The notes under the pieces were generated by a model. It was not told the DNA's origin. It worked only from the letters and a program-made list of their open reading frames with translations, and did no database searches. Shown here piece by piece: positions 13,477 to 25,677 of a stretch of 64,000 nt of DNA. Position 1 is the stretch's first letter, and the number at the start of each line of letters is the position of its first letter. The position numbers and the translations under genes were made by a program. Source of the stretch: Octopus sinensis (Eukaryota); contig NC_043005.1 in NCBI RefSeq assembly GCF_006345805.1, forward strand, positions 61,814,001-61,878,000, written 5' to 3'.

Positions 13477-14680
13477 GCACACACACACGCGTGTGCACAC
13501 AAATATATATACACAATGGGCATTTTACAGGTTCCTGCTACCAAATCCGAAATCCATTCACAAGGCTTCGGTTGGCTCAGTGCTACACTTTCCCAAAGTG
13601 CCACACAGAACACACTTGCCCAAGGTGCCACATAGTGAGACAGAACCCAAGACCACAAGGTTGAAAAGCAAGATTCTTAACCACATTTCCATGCCTGCTC
13701 TTAGTAATTTTTATTTTTGTCTTTGACATTGTCAATCCATATAATTCTTCTTGTCAACAACTCTTAATGTATGGCATAGATTATGGAAGCTCAAAAACAA
13801 CAATTTCTTTAAACTTTTGATATCCAAATGAGAGATGTGAAGAAAGAGAAAATAAAAGGAACTCTGAGAAAAGAGAAGCAGAGAGAGAAAGTGGGGGGAC
13901 ATGCAGACAAAGACAGAGAGAAAAAAATAAAAAGAGGCTGATAAAAAGATGAGAAGGAGTGAGTGGAAATGGGGAGAGATACATTCAGAACAATGAGATA
14001 AAATGAAAGACAGAGAATGAAGAAAGAGTAAGGAGAGGTAGAGTGAGAGGGAGAGAGAGATTAGGAATGACAGATAACATATAATCAAGCATCCTTTCAA
14101 TGTGACAAGAAAGAAATATATTTCTAGGAAAACTATTGGAATTATTCATCATTATCATCATCATCATCATAATTATAACAATTATTGTGTAGAACACAAA
14201 TGTGATTGGTTGAAGTGGTTGTCCCATCTGATTTGCAATCCCGTCTTCATTTTCTGGCATTAAAAAAATATATATAAAAAGACAAAATGTCTAGAGTCTT
14301 GTTATTTTGGAGGGTTCTTGGGGAGGTAGGGAGAGGTGTTTTTAGTTTATTATTTTATAGGCATGGTTGTGTCAGAAGCTTGCTTCCCAAATGCATAGTT
14401 TCAGGTTGGGTCCCATTGCATGTCATCTTGTGTGTCTTCTACCATAGCCCTGAGCCCAACCAAAACATTGTGAGTGGAATTTGACAGACAGAAACTGAAA
14501 GAAGCCCATTGTATAAATAAATAAATGTGTGTGCGTGTGTGTGTGTCTAGGTGTAAGCATGGCTGTGTGGTAAGAAGCTTGCTTCCCCACCAAACTTGAT
14601 GGCCTTGAACCAAAATTTGAAATCATTATCATTATTATCACCATCATCATCATCATCATCATCATTATTATTATTATTAT

Positions 14681-15223
14681 TGAGTGAGAGAGCAGTGCAT
14701 GCCATCAAAATGACACTGGGGTAAAATATACAAAACCCAATATACCCATCATGACTACCCGTATGATAAGGGTACACTAGGCACATGCATCACAATCATA
14801 TGTGCACGACATGGTGATCTCATATCAAGATAAACAGCACATGACCTTGCAGGTGGGGCCCAGTTAGAATTTTCTTCTGGTTGAGTAGCCCATTCTGCTC
14901 AAAAGATCCCTGAATAAGGGTTGTTTAAGGATGTTGAACGAAACACCCATGTTTCCAGAGGTGAATTATTCAAACCCCAAAGAATCCCTCTCAACACATG
15001 GCTATGATGCTCCCCCACTACTTCTGCTCATGATCAGAGATGCACATATCATCAGCCACTAAGGAACATGCTCAACTGGTTAAGGTCAAACAACTGACAA
15101 GCAAATCTGTGGTATTGAGCAGAATATTTGCTGTAGCCCATCTTTTATACCAAGACAAAACAATGTACATGATAACACTTCCAATCAGTTAAGATCACTG
15201 CCTGGTACTGCATCACGGCATTT
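14681..15223 (-). mobile_element. ~560-bp (TAA)n-embedded element, near full length
   Basis: Highly similar to 16051-16609 and 52871-53430; (TTA)n on both flanks; small deletion near one end. Strand given as the inferred retroposon orientation. Confidence 0.8.
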
Positions 15224-15679
15224 ATTATTATTATTATTATTAGAATGTATGAGGAGAAATATGTTAGCGGGTTATTAACATCATGCCCTGGAGGAATGAA
15301 TAAGATGACAGGAGAATATATTCAAATTTATACAAAACTGTTTGATTAAATATTCTCCTTTCTCTCTTTTTCTTTCCATTTTTTCTGTCGTTTTCTTTTT
15401 TCTGTCTTTTTCTTTTCACCTGTTATAAAATTGAAACTAAAAAACTGATGATGTCATTCCATCAACATGTGGACGCTGGTTGCTCTCGTTGATACATTAC
15501 ATTTACGTTTCTGTAATTTTGAATTTTTATCGCTTCTTATTTTGAACTTCACAAAGACAGACATACTGTTGAAATATCGTTCACCTAATAAAATATCTTA
15601 CAATCGAATCTTGCTCTTCGTCTTGACTGTTTACCTTTGTGAAGAGTTACGTCAATCCTTTTTAAATATTATTATTATG

Positions 15680-15714
<35 letters not shown>

Positions 15715-16008
15715 CATTACTAAGGCAGCAAGCTGGCAGAATTGTTAGCACGCCAGGCAAAATGTTTTGCAGCATTTAGTCTGCCTTTACGAAGAAAAGC
15801 GGTGAAATGGCAGAATCATTAGCATGTAAAACAAAATGCTTCGCGGTATTTCACCCATTGTTCTGTTCTGAGTTCAAATTCTGCCATGGTTGACTTTGCC
15901 TGCCATCCTTTCAGGGTCAATAAAATAAGTACCAGATGAACATTGGGGGCGATGTAATCGACTCATCTCCTCCCACTAAATTGCTGTCATTGAGACAAAA
16001 TCTGAAAC

Positions 16009-16050
<42 letters not shown>

Positions 16051-16051
<1 letters not shown>

Positions 16052-16609
16052 GAGTGAGAGAGCAGTGCATGCCATCAAAGTGACACTGGGGTAAAATATA
16101 CGAAACCCAGTATACCCATCATGACTACCCGTCTGATAAGGGTACACTAGGCACATGCATCACAACCATATGTGTGTGACATGGTGATCTCATATCAAGA
16201 TAAACAGCACATGACCTTGCAGGTGGGGCCCAGTTAGAATTTCCTTCTGGTCAAGTAATCCATCCCACTCAAAAGGTCCCTAATAAGGGTTGTTTAAGGA
16301 TGGTGAACAAAACACCCATGTTTCCAGAAGTGAATTATTCAAACCCCAAAGAATCCCTCTCAACACATGGCTATGATGCTCCTCCACTACTTCTGCTCAT
16401 GGTCAGAGATGCACATACCGTCAGCCACTAAGGGACATGGTCAACTGGTTAAGGTCAAACAACTGACAAGCAAATCTGTGGTATTGAGCAGAATATTTGC
16501 TGTAGCCCATCTTTTATACCAAGACAAAACAATGTACATGATAACACTTTCAATTAGTTAAGATCAGAAGCCATGAGAGCCACTGCTTGGTACTGCATCA
16601 GGGCATTTA
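16051..16609 (-). mobile_element. ~560-bp (TAA)n-embedded element, full length
   Basis: + strand reads (TTA)n-TGAGTGAGAGAGCAG...CATCAGGGCATTTA-(TTA)n. Confidence 0.85.
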
Positions 16610-16943
16610 TTATTATTATTATTTATTATTATTACTACTACTATTATTATTATTATTATTATCACCAAAAAAGGTGGGGATCAGGCAGAATTGTTAGCAC
16701 ACTGACTGAAATGCTTTGCAGCATTTTGTCTGTATTTACATTCTGAGTTTAAATGCTGCCACGGTCAACTTTGCCATTCGTCCTTTTGGGGTTGATAAAA
16801 TCAGTACCAACTAAGATCAACAAGAACAATGGTAAAAAAAAAAAGCAAATTCAATTCTCATACAATTGTACCTCTTGTAAATAGCTAAGAAGAGAAAGAA
16901 ATGGGGGGAAATAGAATAATACAGTTTAAGCCAATCTACTTAC

Positions 16944-17065
16944 ATAGCAATCTCTGTTTGTAGGTCCTGTACAGCCTCCAGCACATTCACTATGGCAACA
17001 CTGACTGCTTGTAGGACCAAAGCACCTATATGCACAAGAACTGGAGCAAGCTGAACCATTATTTT
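16944..17065 (-). CDS. EGFR: EGFR-like exon 5, furin-like Cys-rich domain
   Basis: Acceptor cctttctag, donor |GTAAGT (phase 0), 122 nt. Encodes (Q)NNGSACSSSCAYRCFGPTSSQCCHSECAGGCTGPTNRDCY, matching RCxGxxxxxCCHxxCAxGCTGPxxxDC. Confidence 0.96.
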
Positions 17066-17321
17066 CTAGAAAGGATCAGAAAAATTACATGTATATATAC
17101 ACACAAACAAACACACACACACACACATGCATATGTGCACACATGCATGCACACAATATGCTTACATACATTTTCCAGCAATCACATTCCACTTGTAAGA
17201 CATTGTTCAATCCAAGGTATAAAAAGAAAAGAAAATGCTTTCTCAGGGTTTCATAGTGTGGGACTGAACCTGGAATCATGCAATGAAACTCATATGAAAT
17301 AAATGCTGAGCAAGAACTCAC

Positions 17322-17405
17322 GTGTTTGACACATGTCTATACCAAGGCCCCAACAGCTAATAGTATCAGTCCGCAGTTTGTGACAGCCATGTATACAGCC
17401 ATAAC
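17322..17405 (-). CDS. EGFR: EGFR-like exon 4, start of furin-like Cys-rich domain
   Basis: Acceptor ctttatttttatag, donor C|GTGAGT, 84 nt. Encodes (C)YGCIHGCHKLRTDTISCWGLGIDMCQT (CxxCxxxC...CWGxGxxxCQ). Confidence 0.93.
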
Positions 17406-17764
17406 CTATAAAAATAAAGCATCAGTTTCATCGTGTAAAGACTTCAGTTTTCATTTAAATAAAATAATATGAAGAAATATTTTTAGTAAATATTATCATT
17501 ATTATTATCATTATCATTATTATTAGTAGTAATAAGGTGGCGAACTGGCAGAATCGTTAGCACACTGGGCAAAATGCTTAGTGGCATTCCATCCATCATT
17601 ATGTTCAGAGTTCAAATTCCACTGAGATCAACTTTGCTTTTCATCCTTTCAAAGTTGATAAAATAAGCACCAGGCTAACACTAGAATCAATGCAATTGAC
17701 TCATCACCTCCCCCAAAATTGCTGGCCTTGTGCCAAAATTTGAAACCAATATTATTATTATTAT

Positions 17765-17955
17765 TGAGTGAGAGCAGCACATATCATCAAAGTGATGCTG
17801 GAGTACAAATATAAGAAGCCTAATATACCTAGAATGACTATCTGTCAAATAGGAGTACACCAGGCACTTGCATCACAACCATATGTGCACGACATGGTAA
17901 CTTCGTGTCAAAATAAACTGCACATGACATCGCAAATGGGACCCAGTTCAGAACT
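17765..17955 (-). mobile_element. Old, strongly 5'-truncated copy of the ~560-bp element
   Basis: Only the 3'-terminal ~190 nt remain, abutting (TTA)n. Confidence 0.65.
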
Positions 17956-17957
17956 TT

Positions 17958-17988
<31 letters not shown>

Positions 17989-18065
17989 TTATTATTATTA
18001 TTATCATCATCATTATCATTATCATTATCATCATTATCATTACTATTATTATCATTATCATTATT

Positions 18066-18100
<35 letters not shown>

Positions 18101-18113
18101 CATCATTATTATT

Positions 18114-18163
<50 letters not shown>

Positions 18164-18195
18164 TATTATTATTACTATTATTATCATTATTATTA
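17950..18195. repeat. (CTT)n-(ATT/ATC)n compound microsatellite
   Basis: Directly visible; source of the spurious His/Tyr-, Asn/Asp- and Ile-rich ORFs. Confidence 0.95.
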
Positions 18196-18912
18196 ATTGT
18201 GAGATGCAGAGCAGCACTTCGTCTGTCTTTAGCTTCTGAATTCAAATTCCACCAAGGTTGACTTTACTTTTCATCCTCTCAGGGTCGATAAAATGGATAC
18301 CAGTTAAGCACTGGGGTCAATCTAATGGACTTAGCTCCTTTTCCAAAATTTTTGGCCTTGTGCCAAAATTTGAAACCAATATTATTATTATTAATATTAA
18401 TGTTGATAAGACAGTGAGCTGGCAGAATTGTTAGCATGCCGGGCAAAATGCAGCATTTCGTCTGTCTTTACATCTCAGGGTTGTTAAAAAAAGTACCAGT
18501 TGAATGCTGGGGTTGATGTTGTTAGCATGCTGGACAAAATGACAGAACAATCAGCACGTTGGACAAAATGCTTAGCAAGATTTCACACATCTTTACAGTT
18601 TGAGTTCAAATTCTGCCAAGATTAACTTTGCCTTTTATCGTTTCAGGGTTGATAAAATAAGAACCAGTTGAGTATTGGGGTCAGTAATCGACAACCCCAA
18701 CCCTCCCACAAAATTCAGCCTTGTGATTATAGTAGAAAGGATTATCATTAAGAAAGCAGCAGTAGCAGTAGTGGTGTGAAGTAGTATGGCAGAAACGGTA
18801 AAGAACTTTGAATTTAGTTTCACAATGAAATTTGATGAAAGCCGGACAAAATAGAACAATTAGAAATATAAGTAAATGATATAGAATATTAGAATCATTG
18901 AATAGACCTTAC

Positions 18913-19044
18913 ATTTTGCCTTTTCTGTTTCATGGTAGACCACCGCAACTTGGGACGTTCGTGGAACTATAAGAGTCCATGCTATGGTGTCGATGAAACA
19001 CAGAAAATTGTTCTTGTAGATGACCACATTACCATTACTAATTT
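18913..19044 (-). CDS. EGFR: EGFR-like exon 3, end of L1 domain
   Basis: Acceptor ttatttttttcag, donor T|GTAAG, 132 nt. Encodes (E)ISNGNVVIYKNNFLCFIDTIAWTLIVP..., aligning with the EILxGxVxxxNNxxLCxxxTIxW motif. Missed by the ORF track. Confidence 0.95.
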
Positions 19045-19929
19045 CTGAAAAAAATAATCAAAAAAGGATTAAGAAATTTAATGGTGACACAAAAACATGA
19101 CTGATATCCATATTTGTTACACAAATTTCAAGTGTTCTTGATTTTATTTGTTGGTGGTAATTGTTATCTAACTAAAGAGTTCTAACTGAGCAAAGATATT
19201 TAAGAACAAAACACTTCTGTCATGACAGTCCAATCTTTTGGGATACCTAGGATGAGGATTCCTAGTTTTTTCTACTTTCTACCGAAACAAAAAAGATTAT
19301 TGATTACTTTGAGATAAAACAATAAAACTACTGGTGCACTTTACGTTGGAAATTTGTTTTAAATGGTTAAACCACTAAACTACTTAACCCTGGATAAGCT
19401 TTTAAACTGCATCTAGTGGTCAAGAGATTTGTTGTCCAAGGCATCCTTCCTTCATTGAGATTACTTAAGAAAATTTAGTTGCAGGAGTGGCTGTGTGGTA
19501 ACTAGCTTGCATACAAACCACATGGTTGCAGATTCAATCCCACTGCATGGCACCTTGGGCAAGTGTCCTTTACTATAGTCTCGGGCTGACCAAAGCCTTG
19601 TGAGTGGATTTGGTGGATGGAAACTGAAAAGTCCGGCGTATATATGTATATATATGTGTGTGTGTGTGTTTGTGTGTCTGTGTTTGTCCCCCCTCCAACA
19701 TCACTTGACAACCGATGCTGGTGTGTTTACATCCCTGTAATTTAGCGGTTCGGCAAAAGTGACTGATAGAATAAGTACCAGGCTTACAAAGAATAAGTCC
19801 TGGGATCGATTTGCTCGACTAAAGGCGGTGCTCCAGCACGGCTGCAGTCAAATGACTGAAACAAGTAAAAGAGTAAAAGAGTTGCTATTTCTGGCAAGCA
19901 GAACAACCACATAAAAGTTCTTGACATCA

Positions 19930-20640
19930 AAGTAAAAGGAGCAAAAAAAAGAGCCCAGACTAAATGTTAGTCTCATAACTTTTGGACAAACATTTCAATT
20001 CATCATACTCCTTTTGTGCAAGTATACTGCACACATGCAAAATGTGATTGATACTTTCATTTCCTTTCCTGCAGATTCTACATTAGCTGTCTGACTGGGT
20101 TTTGTTGATCTTTACCTTTTTCAGATTTCTTCTGAGGGCTTGTTTGTGAGTGGTGCTAAAATTAGTGCTTAAGTCTCTCATTTCAATTTCCCATCCATCA
20201 ACCAAAGCCAGCATTCTTTACTTCCAACATTTTTGGTTTGTTGTACAAATCAGCCACGTAATTTCATTTCTTTCCATTCGTTTGTTCTGTTGTTCTTCAT
20301 TTTCTGTTTGAATTCTCCAACTGTTTCAGTCACTTTCTGGATATCTCTGTCTGCCAATAGTATTCTTTCTTTACTCTGCACAACATAATTTTTCAGACCC
20401 GGAATCATAGTATTAACAGTGTCTTCTGTGATGAGTAATCCTCTGCCACCTTCCTTTCTTGGTAGATAGAATCGGTCGGTATTACTTTTATAGGGTGGAG
20501 TGTGTTCTTCAGTATGAGCAGCTTTCTTGTTCTTATATCCAAGTTCTGTAACTCGACCGTTGTCCATTGCAAAAAGGGAGCAGTGTATCTCAGTAATGTG
20601 GTATAACCCATGTCTTTATGGCTTTAATGATGTTCCCTCC
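19930..20640 (-). mobile_element. R4/Dong-clade LINE fragment (RT C-terminus and CCHC zinc knuckle)
   Basis: LRYTAPFLQWTTVELQNLDIRTRKLL, TDRFYLPRKEGGRGLL, WLWLMDGKLK and CRICRKGNESINHILHVCSILAQKEY across frameshifts. Confidence 0.85.
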
Positions 20641-20978
20641 ATTTAACTATTTCAAACACCTTTCTAATTCTCCTCTTGTGCTCTTTATTGACTTTCTCCC
20701 TCATATGCTTAGCAACATTTTGCCCAGTTTTATGTTCTGAGTTCAAATTTCTTTTTATCCTCTTTAGGTTGATAAAATAAGTACGAGTTACACACTGGGG
20801 TTGATGTAATCAACTTACCCTTCCCCCAGAATTGTTGGCCTTGTATCAAAATTTGATAGCAACATCATCATTATTATTATTATTATTATTATTATTAAGG
20901 CTATGAGCTGGCAGAATCATTAGCATGCTGGATGAAATGCTTAGCAGTATTTTGCCCATCACTACATATGTAAACTCT

Positions 20979-21148
20979 CTAAAGGAATGTAAAGATGCAG
21001 GCCGGAAAGCAGAGCATTTTCCAATCGAAGTCAGATGTAGAGGTTTCTTTGGACACAGTGTGAGGCAACTGATGTTATCGTTGGACCTAACTCATTGTAA
21101 AGCAAGTACCATCATGAGTGATATCCAAACTGCAGTGGAAAAGTCTGC
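20979..21148 (+). mobile_element. HERO-like LINE RLE-endonuclease fragment inside a SINE
   Basis: LKECKDAGRKAEHFPIEVRCRGFFGHSVRQL...AVEKS resembles the ECxxxGW...PIEVGCRGF...AAE RLE motif. Confidence 0.65.
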
Positions 21149-21197
21149 TGAGTTTGACTTTACCTTTCACCCTTTTGGGGTCGATGAAATAAGTACC

Positions 21198-21414
21198 TAT
21201 TTCTTTATTACCCACAAGGGGCTAAACACAGAGGGGACAAACAAGGACAGACATAGGTATTAAGTCGATTACATCGACCCCAGTGTGTAACTGGTACTTA
21301 ATTTATCGACCCCGAAAGGATGAAAGGCAAAGTCGACCTCGGCGGAATTTGAACTCAGAACGTAACGACAGGCGAAATACCGCTAAGCCTTTCGCCCGAG
21401 GTGCTAACGTCTCT
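21198..21414 (-). mobile_element. SINE family B, young copy nested in an older SINE
   Basis: Short TSD AGTACC on both sides; CpG-rich and near consensus. Confidence 0.85.
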
Positions 21415-21497
21415 AGTACCAGTTATGCACTGGAGTTGATGTAATCAATTAGACCCCTCCCCACAATTTCAGGCCTTGTACCTATAGTAGAAAGGCC

Positions 21498-21536
<39 letters not shown>

Positions 21537-23506
21537 AAAGGGCGAGTGGAATTTGGCTATTATATCTAGCAGTCTATAGATTCTGGAGTGGAATGCAGAG
21601 AGGTGGCTAACCCATAGAGACCTAATCTGAATAACAACCTTTCACTTATATATTTTTTATACAATGATACTGCAAGTAATAAACAAGATTTTATTTTTAG
21701 TTCTTTCCTCCCACTACTACCACCACCACCACCACCACCACTGCCATCATTTATTTTATTTAATCTTAAAAACTAGCTTAAGATATCATATTTTTCAAAA
21801 CCTCTCCCTCCCAAAAAACTAAAAATGGATAGCAAAAAATTCTGAAATACATCAAAGATGGCTTTTTTGTTATTGTTTTCATTTTATGTGTTTATTTATT
21901 TATTTATTTAATTTATTTATTTAATTTATTTATTTTATTTATTATGTTTGTTGAAAGTTTACATTATTCACTTTTGGCAACTATATTTACATACATAATC
22001 TGTTTGAATGTACATTCACATACGCATACAAAACAAAAGTGAGAAAAGAAATGATTGTTATATGGAGAGAGAAGAAGAAGAAGAAGAAGAAGAAGAAGAA
22101 GAAGAAGAAGGAAGATGAGTAGGAATGGGAGTGGGAGCAGAAGAGGCTTGTTTTCAATGTAATGTAAGCCAACATAAGGGATCAGGGTAAATTGCAAAAG
22201 CTGGTATACATGCATCATATTATATTATACATAGATCCAGTCAGTTGATCAACAGTATCAATGCTATCAACAAGTGCATAACAGTATCAACAACAGCATC
22301 AACAACAACAGCACGTGAGCCAACAAGGGGACTTCCATGCAGTCATTCAGCCTGTACTCAACTGCCTTCAAATTACACCCTACCATGTTAAGTAGAGGAC
22401 AGACGCATTTGATAATGTAGTCCCACATAGACCTAAAATGAAAAATTTTTTAAAATGGTGCTTCAACAACTTGACAACATTTTATTTGTAATTTAATTCA
22501 AGGCCATGGTGGTTAAGAAGCTTCCATTGCAGCCACCTGGTTTTGAGTTCAGTCCCACTTCATGCCATTTGGATAAGGCTCTTCTACTATAGCTCCTAAC
22601 CAACCAGTGCTTTGTGAGTGAATTCAGTAGAGAGAAACTGTGTGGAAGCCTGAGCATCAGATAGGTTATGACAAATGAGCAAGACGTTTGGCAATATACT
22701 CTTTTACTTGTTTCAGTCATTTGACTGTGGCCATGCTGAAGCACTGCCTTTAGTCGAGCAAATCAACCCCAGGACTTATTCTTTGTAAGCCAAGTACTTA
22801 TTCTATCGGTCTCTTTTGCTGAACCACATCAGTTTTGCAGAACCAGCATTAGTTGTCAAGCGATGTTGGGGGGACATACACAGACACATACAAACATATA
22901 CACACACACATATATATATATACACATATATATGACAGGCTTCTTTCAGTTTCCATCTACCAAATCCACTCACAAGGCTTTGGTCGACCTGAGGCTATAG
23001 TAGAAGACACTTGCCCAAAGTGCCACGCAGTGGGACTGAACCCCGAACCATGTGGTTGGTAAACAAGCTACTTACCACACAGCCACTCCTATGCCTATGT
23101 GTAGCTTGAGAAGATTCATCAAGCCAAGTGTAATCCTAGTCATGGCCCTTGCTAGCATCATATAAATGACACCTGTGAAATTGCAGTCATGGCCTTTGCC
23201 AGAGTCATGCACATGGCACCCATGCCAGTGGCATGTAAAATGCACCCATTACACTCTTGGAGTGGTTGGCATTAAGAAGGGTATCCAGCTGTAGAAACCA
23301 AGCCAAATCAGACTGAAACCTGGTGCAGCTCTCCAGCTTGCCAGTTCCAGTCAAACCTTCATACCAGCATGGAAAACAAACTTTAAATAATAATAATAAT
23401 GATGATGATGGTGGTGGTGGTGATGATGGATGGATGGATATATGCTATGCCAGCATGGAAAACAAACTTTAAATGATGATGATGATAGATAGATAGATAG
23501 ATAGAT

Positions 23507-23700
23507 GAGGGGTGCTCAGAAGTTCCTTGTTTGAAGGGTACCATGAAAGGCCTGGTTGGAGGCCTAACCTTATGAGTTCTTTTACAGGGCTTTAAAAAAT
23601 TGAAGGACCACTGCAATAAATGTGTGAATTTAAGAGGAGAAGAAGTTGAATAAAATCATAATTAACTGATCTTCCTGTATTTTCTTTTACCCATGGCAAG
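23507..23700 (+). mobile_element. Mariner-derived non-autonomous element fragment
   Basis: Same GAGGGGTGCT..AAGTTCC terminus followed by a transposase C-terminal-like relic (KCVNLRGEEVE*). Confidence 0.55.
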
Positions 23701-24318
23701 ATGGTGTGAGAGCAGTTGCTATGGCACTGAGGTAGATCCAGCCACCCCATTAACGGGAAATAAACCCAGATTTAAAAGACTGGATGATGATAATGATGGT
23801 TTGATATGGTCATTTATAATAATTATAAAATAAATTTTGTGGATGTACAAGTCTCCATAGCCTTTATTATTATTAATATCGTTGCTATTATATTAACCTG
23901 TAGTATGTCCAAATTTGACCAAATGCATTTTTTCCAATATTTATTTTTGCTTGCAATAGCCAGTTCTTTTGGTCAAACTATCATGTCTCCAGCTGCTTCA
24001 GATGCCAAGATATGAAAACTGTCAAAGAGTAGTACAACGGTTTTGCTATGGAATGGTAAAACTATTTTTTTGTTCTCTGAAAAAGCAAAGTTTTGGACAT
24101 ACGATACTTTTGCATAATAGCAACAATTTACAATTTTTACTGTCCTGCGAAGAGTACACAAAATTACCCATCTGAAGAATTCACGGAGTGACTAACAACT
24201 AATTGTAGTCACAGGTGTTAGAAACTCATCATAGTGGTTAGCCATTAACTGAAACTTAACTGAGAGCCAATACGGTATCTTCCCGGGTAATATATCCCTC
24301 CAAACTCACATTTATATA

Positions 24319-25365
24319 TCTATCTATATTATACTAAAACTCAAAGTTCATCTGTTACTACCATTTTATTAAGATGATAAAGATTACAAATAAAATAGTC
24401 ATTTCCCCCTTTAAGAAAACAATCAAGTTGAAAATGTCAACACTTCAAAGAGTTGTCGAAGCTACCACCATCCGTCCTTTTATCTTACTTTCTTTTTTCT
24501 TCCCATAATCATTTATACAACTTTCTGAGTGCTGTGAACGTGAAGGATAGAAATTCTCCCTATATTTTTATGAAATATTTTTGAATTGTGGATACTTGAC
24601 TTTTTTTTTTTTAAAGGGAAAAATTTCTATTTTATTTCAAATAGAATATTAAACTTTATCATCTTAATTAAAAGGTAGAAAAACAGACAGAGGGACTATC
24701 TTTTTATAGATGAAGATCAGTTGCAGTGGGAGGAGTTGACCCTCATGAGAATGGAAAAACAAACAACAAATGGGTTGTGCCTTATAATGAAACTCATTTA
24801 AGAGCATCCAAATGCCAATGCAACACTGATATCATTGCTTCAGTGAGGTCAATTAAGTATGTCATCAAATACACAGTGCAAGTTGCTGTTCAAATAAACT
24901 ATGATAATGAAATTAGTCAATGACTAATGGGTAGGTATACAGGACCATCTGAAGCAGTTGCATCCATTTTAGGATTTTCAATTCATGAAAGAGCACCTGC
25001 AATAGTGAGACTGCAAGTTCATCTACAAGATGAACAAAGACTATTGTTCAGAAATAATGGGGATATATATGGCTGTCACTGAACGATATATGTGAACAAT
25101 ATTGACAGAATTCTTTTCATTGTGCATCAATGATGACTTTGCAAAAACATTCCTTTATGCTGAAGTACCCATGTATTTCACTTGGAACAGTAGCAACACA
25201 GAATGGCAAAGGAGAAAGTGAGGAAAAAAGTTGGAGAAAGTGAGGAAAAAAGTTGAAGGCCATTTGAACATTTTCAAAGAAGAAACACTTGGTCATGCTT
25301 ATGTTGTCACACCAAAGGCAGGAGAACTGTATTATTTAAGAATTTTATTGCATGTACCACTGATG
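24319..25365 (+). mobile_element. Decayed Helitron with Rep-domain coding relic
   Basis: Fragments NKWVVPYN...SVRSIKYVIKY, DNEISQ*LMGRYTGPSEAVASILGFSIHERAPAIVRLQVHLQDEQ, FAKTFLYAEVPMYFTWN and GELYYLRILL match Helitron Rep-helicase motifs, with stops and frameshifts. Possible TC 5' end at 24319. Confidence 0.85.
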
Positions 25366-25455
25366 TCCATAGGAACTTCTTGCAAGTTGTGGAAAACGAT
25401 TTTCTCTTTTATCATTACTATTTTTAACTGGACTGCTACTGAATTTTAAATGTCT

Positions 25456-25670
25456 TTAACCCTTTAGAATATCTCGCCTAAATATTCTACCTGCTTAATG
25501 TTCAAACTAGCCAGACCTGACCTCTCACATCTACCCTACAACGTCATTCTAAAAATAAACAATCATATCATCAAAATTTCAAAACTATGAAATAATGTAT
25601 GATTAATTCAAAACAATGTGAATAAATAAGCATTGCATTAGACAGAGTAATCTGAATGCTGAAGGATTAA
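25456..25670. mobile_element. piggyBac-type MITE
   Basis: TTAA-CCCTTTAG...AATGCTGAAGGA-TTAA; internal sequence shared with the 27410 and 48925 copies. Confidence 0.75.
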
Positions 25671-25677
25671 GACTCAC

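Noticed and set aside
14180-14330. Minus-strand acceptor-like sites as candidate exon 6 (also about 15290)
   Set aside because: Phase-0 translation has no EGFR cysteine pattern and soon hits a stop.
15440-15490. CTGATGA followed by a weak hairpin
   Set aside because: No GAAA or stem III downstream.
17768-18245. His/Tyr-rich and Asn/Asp-rich ORFs
   Set aside because: Pure (ATT/ATC)n microsatellite; no splice signals linking it to the host gene.
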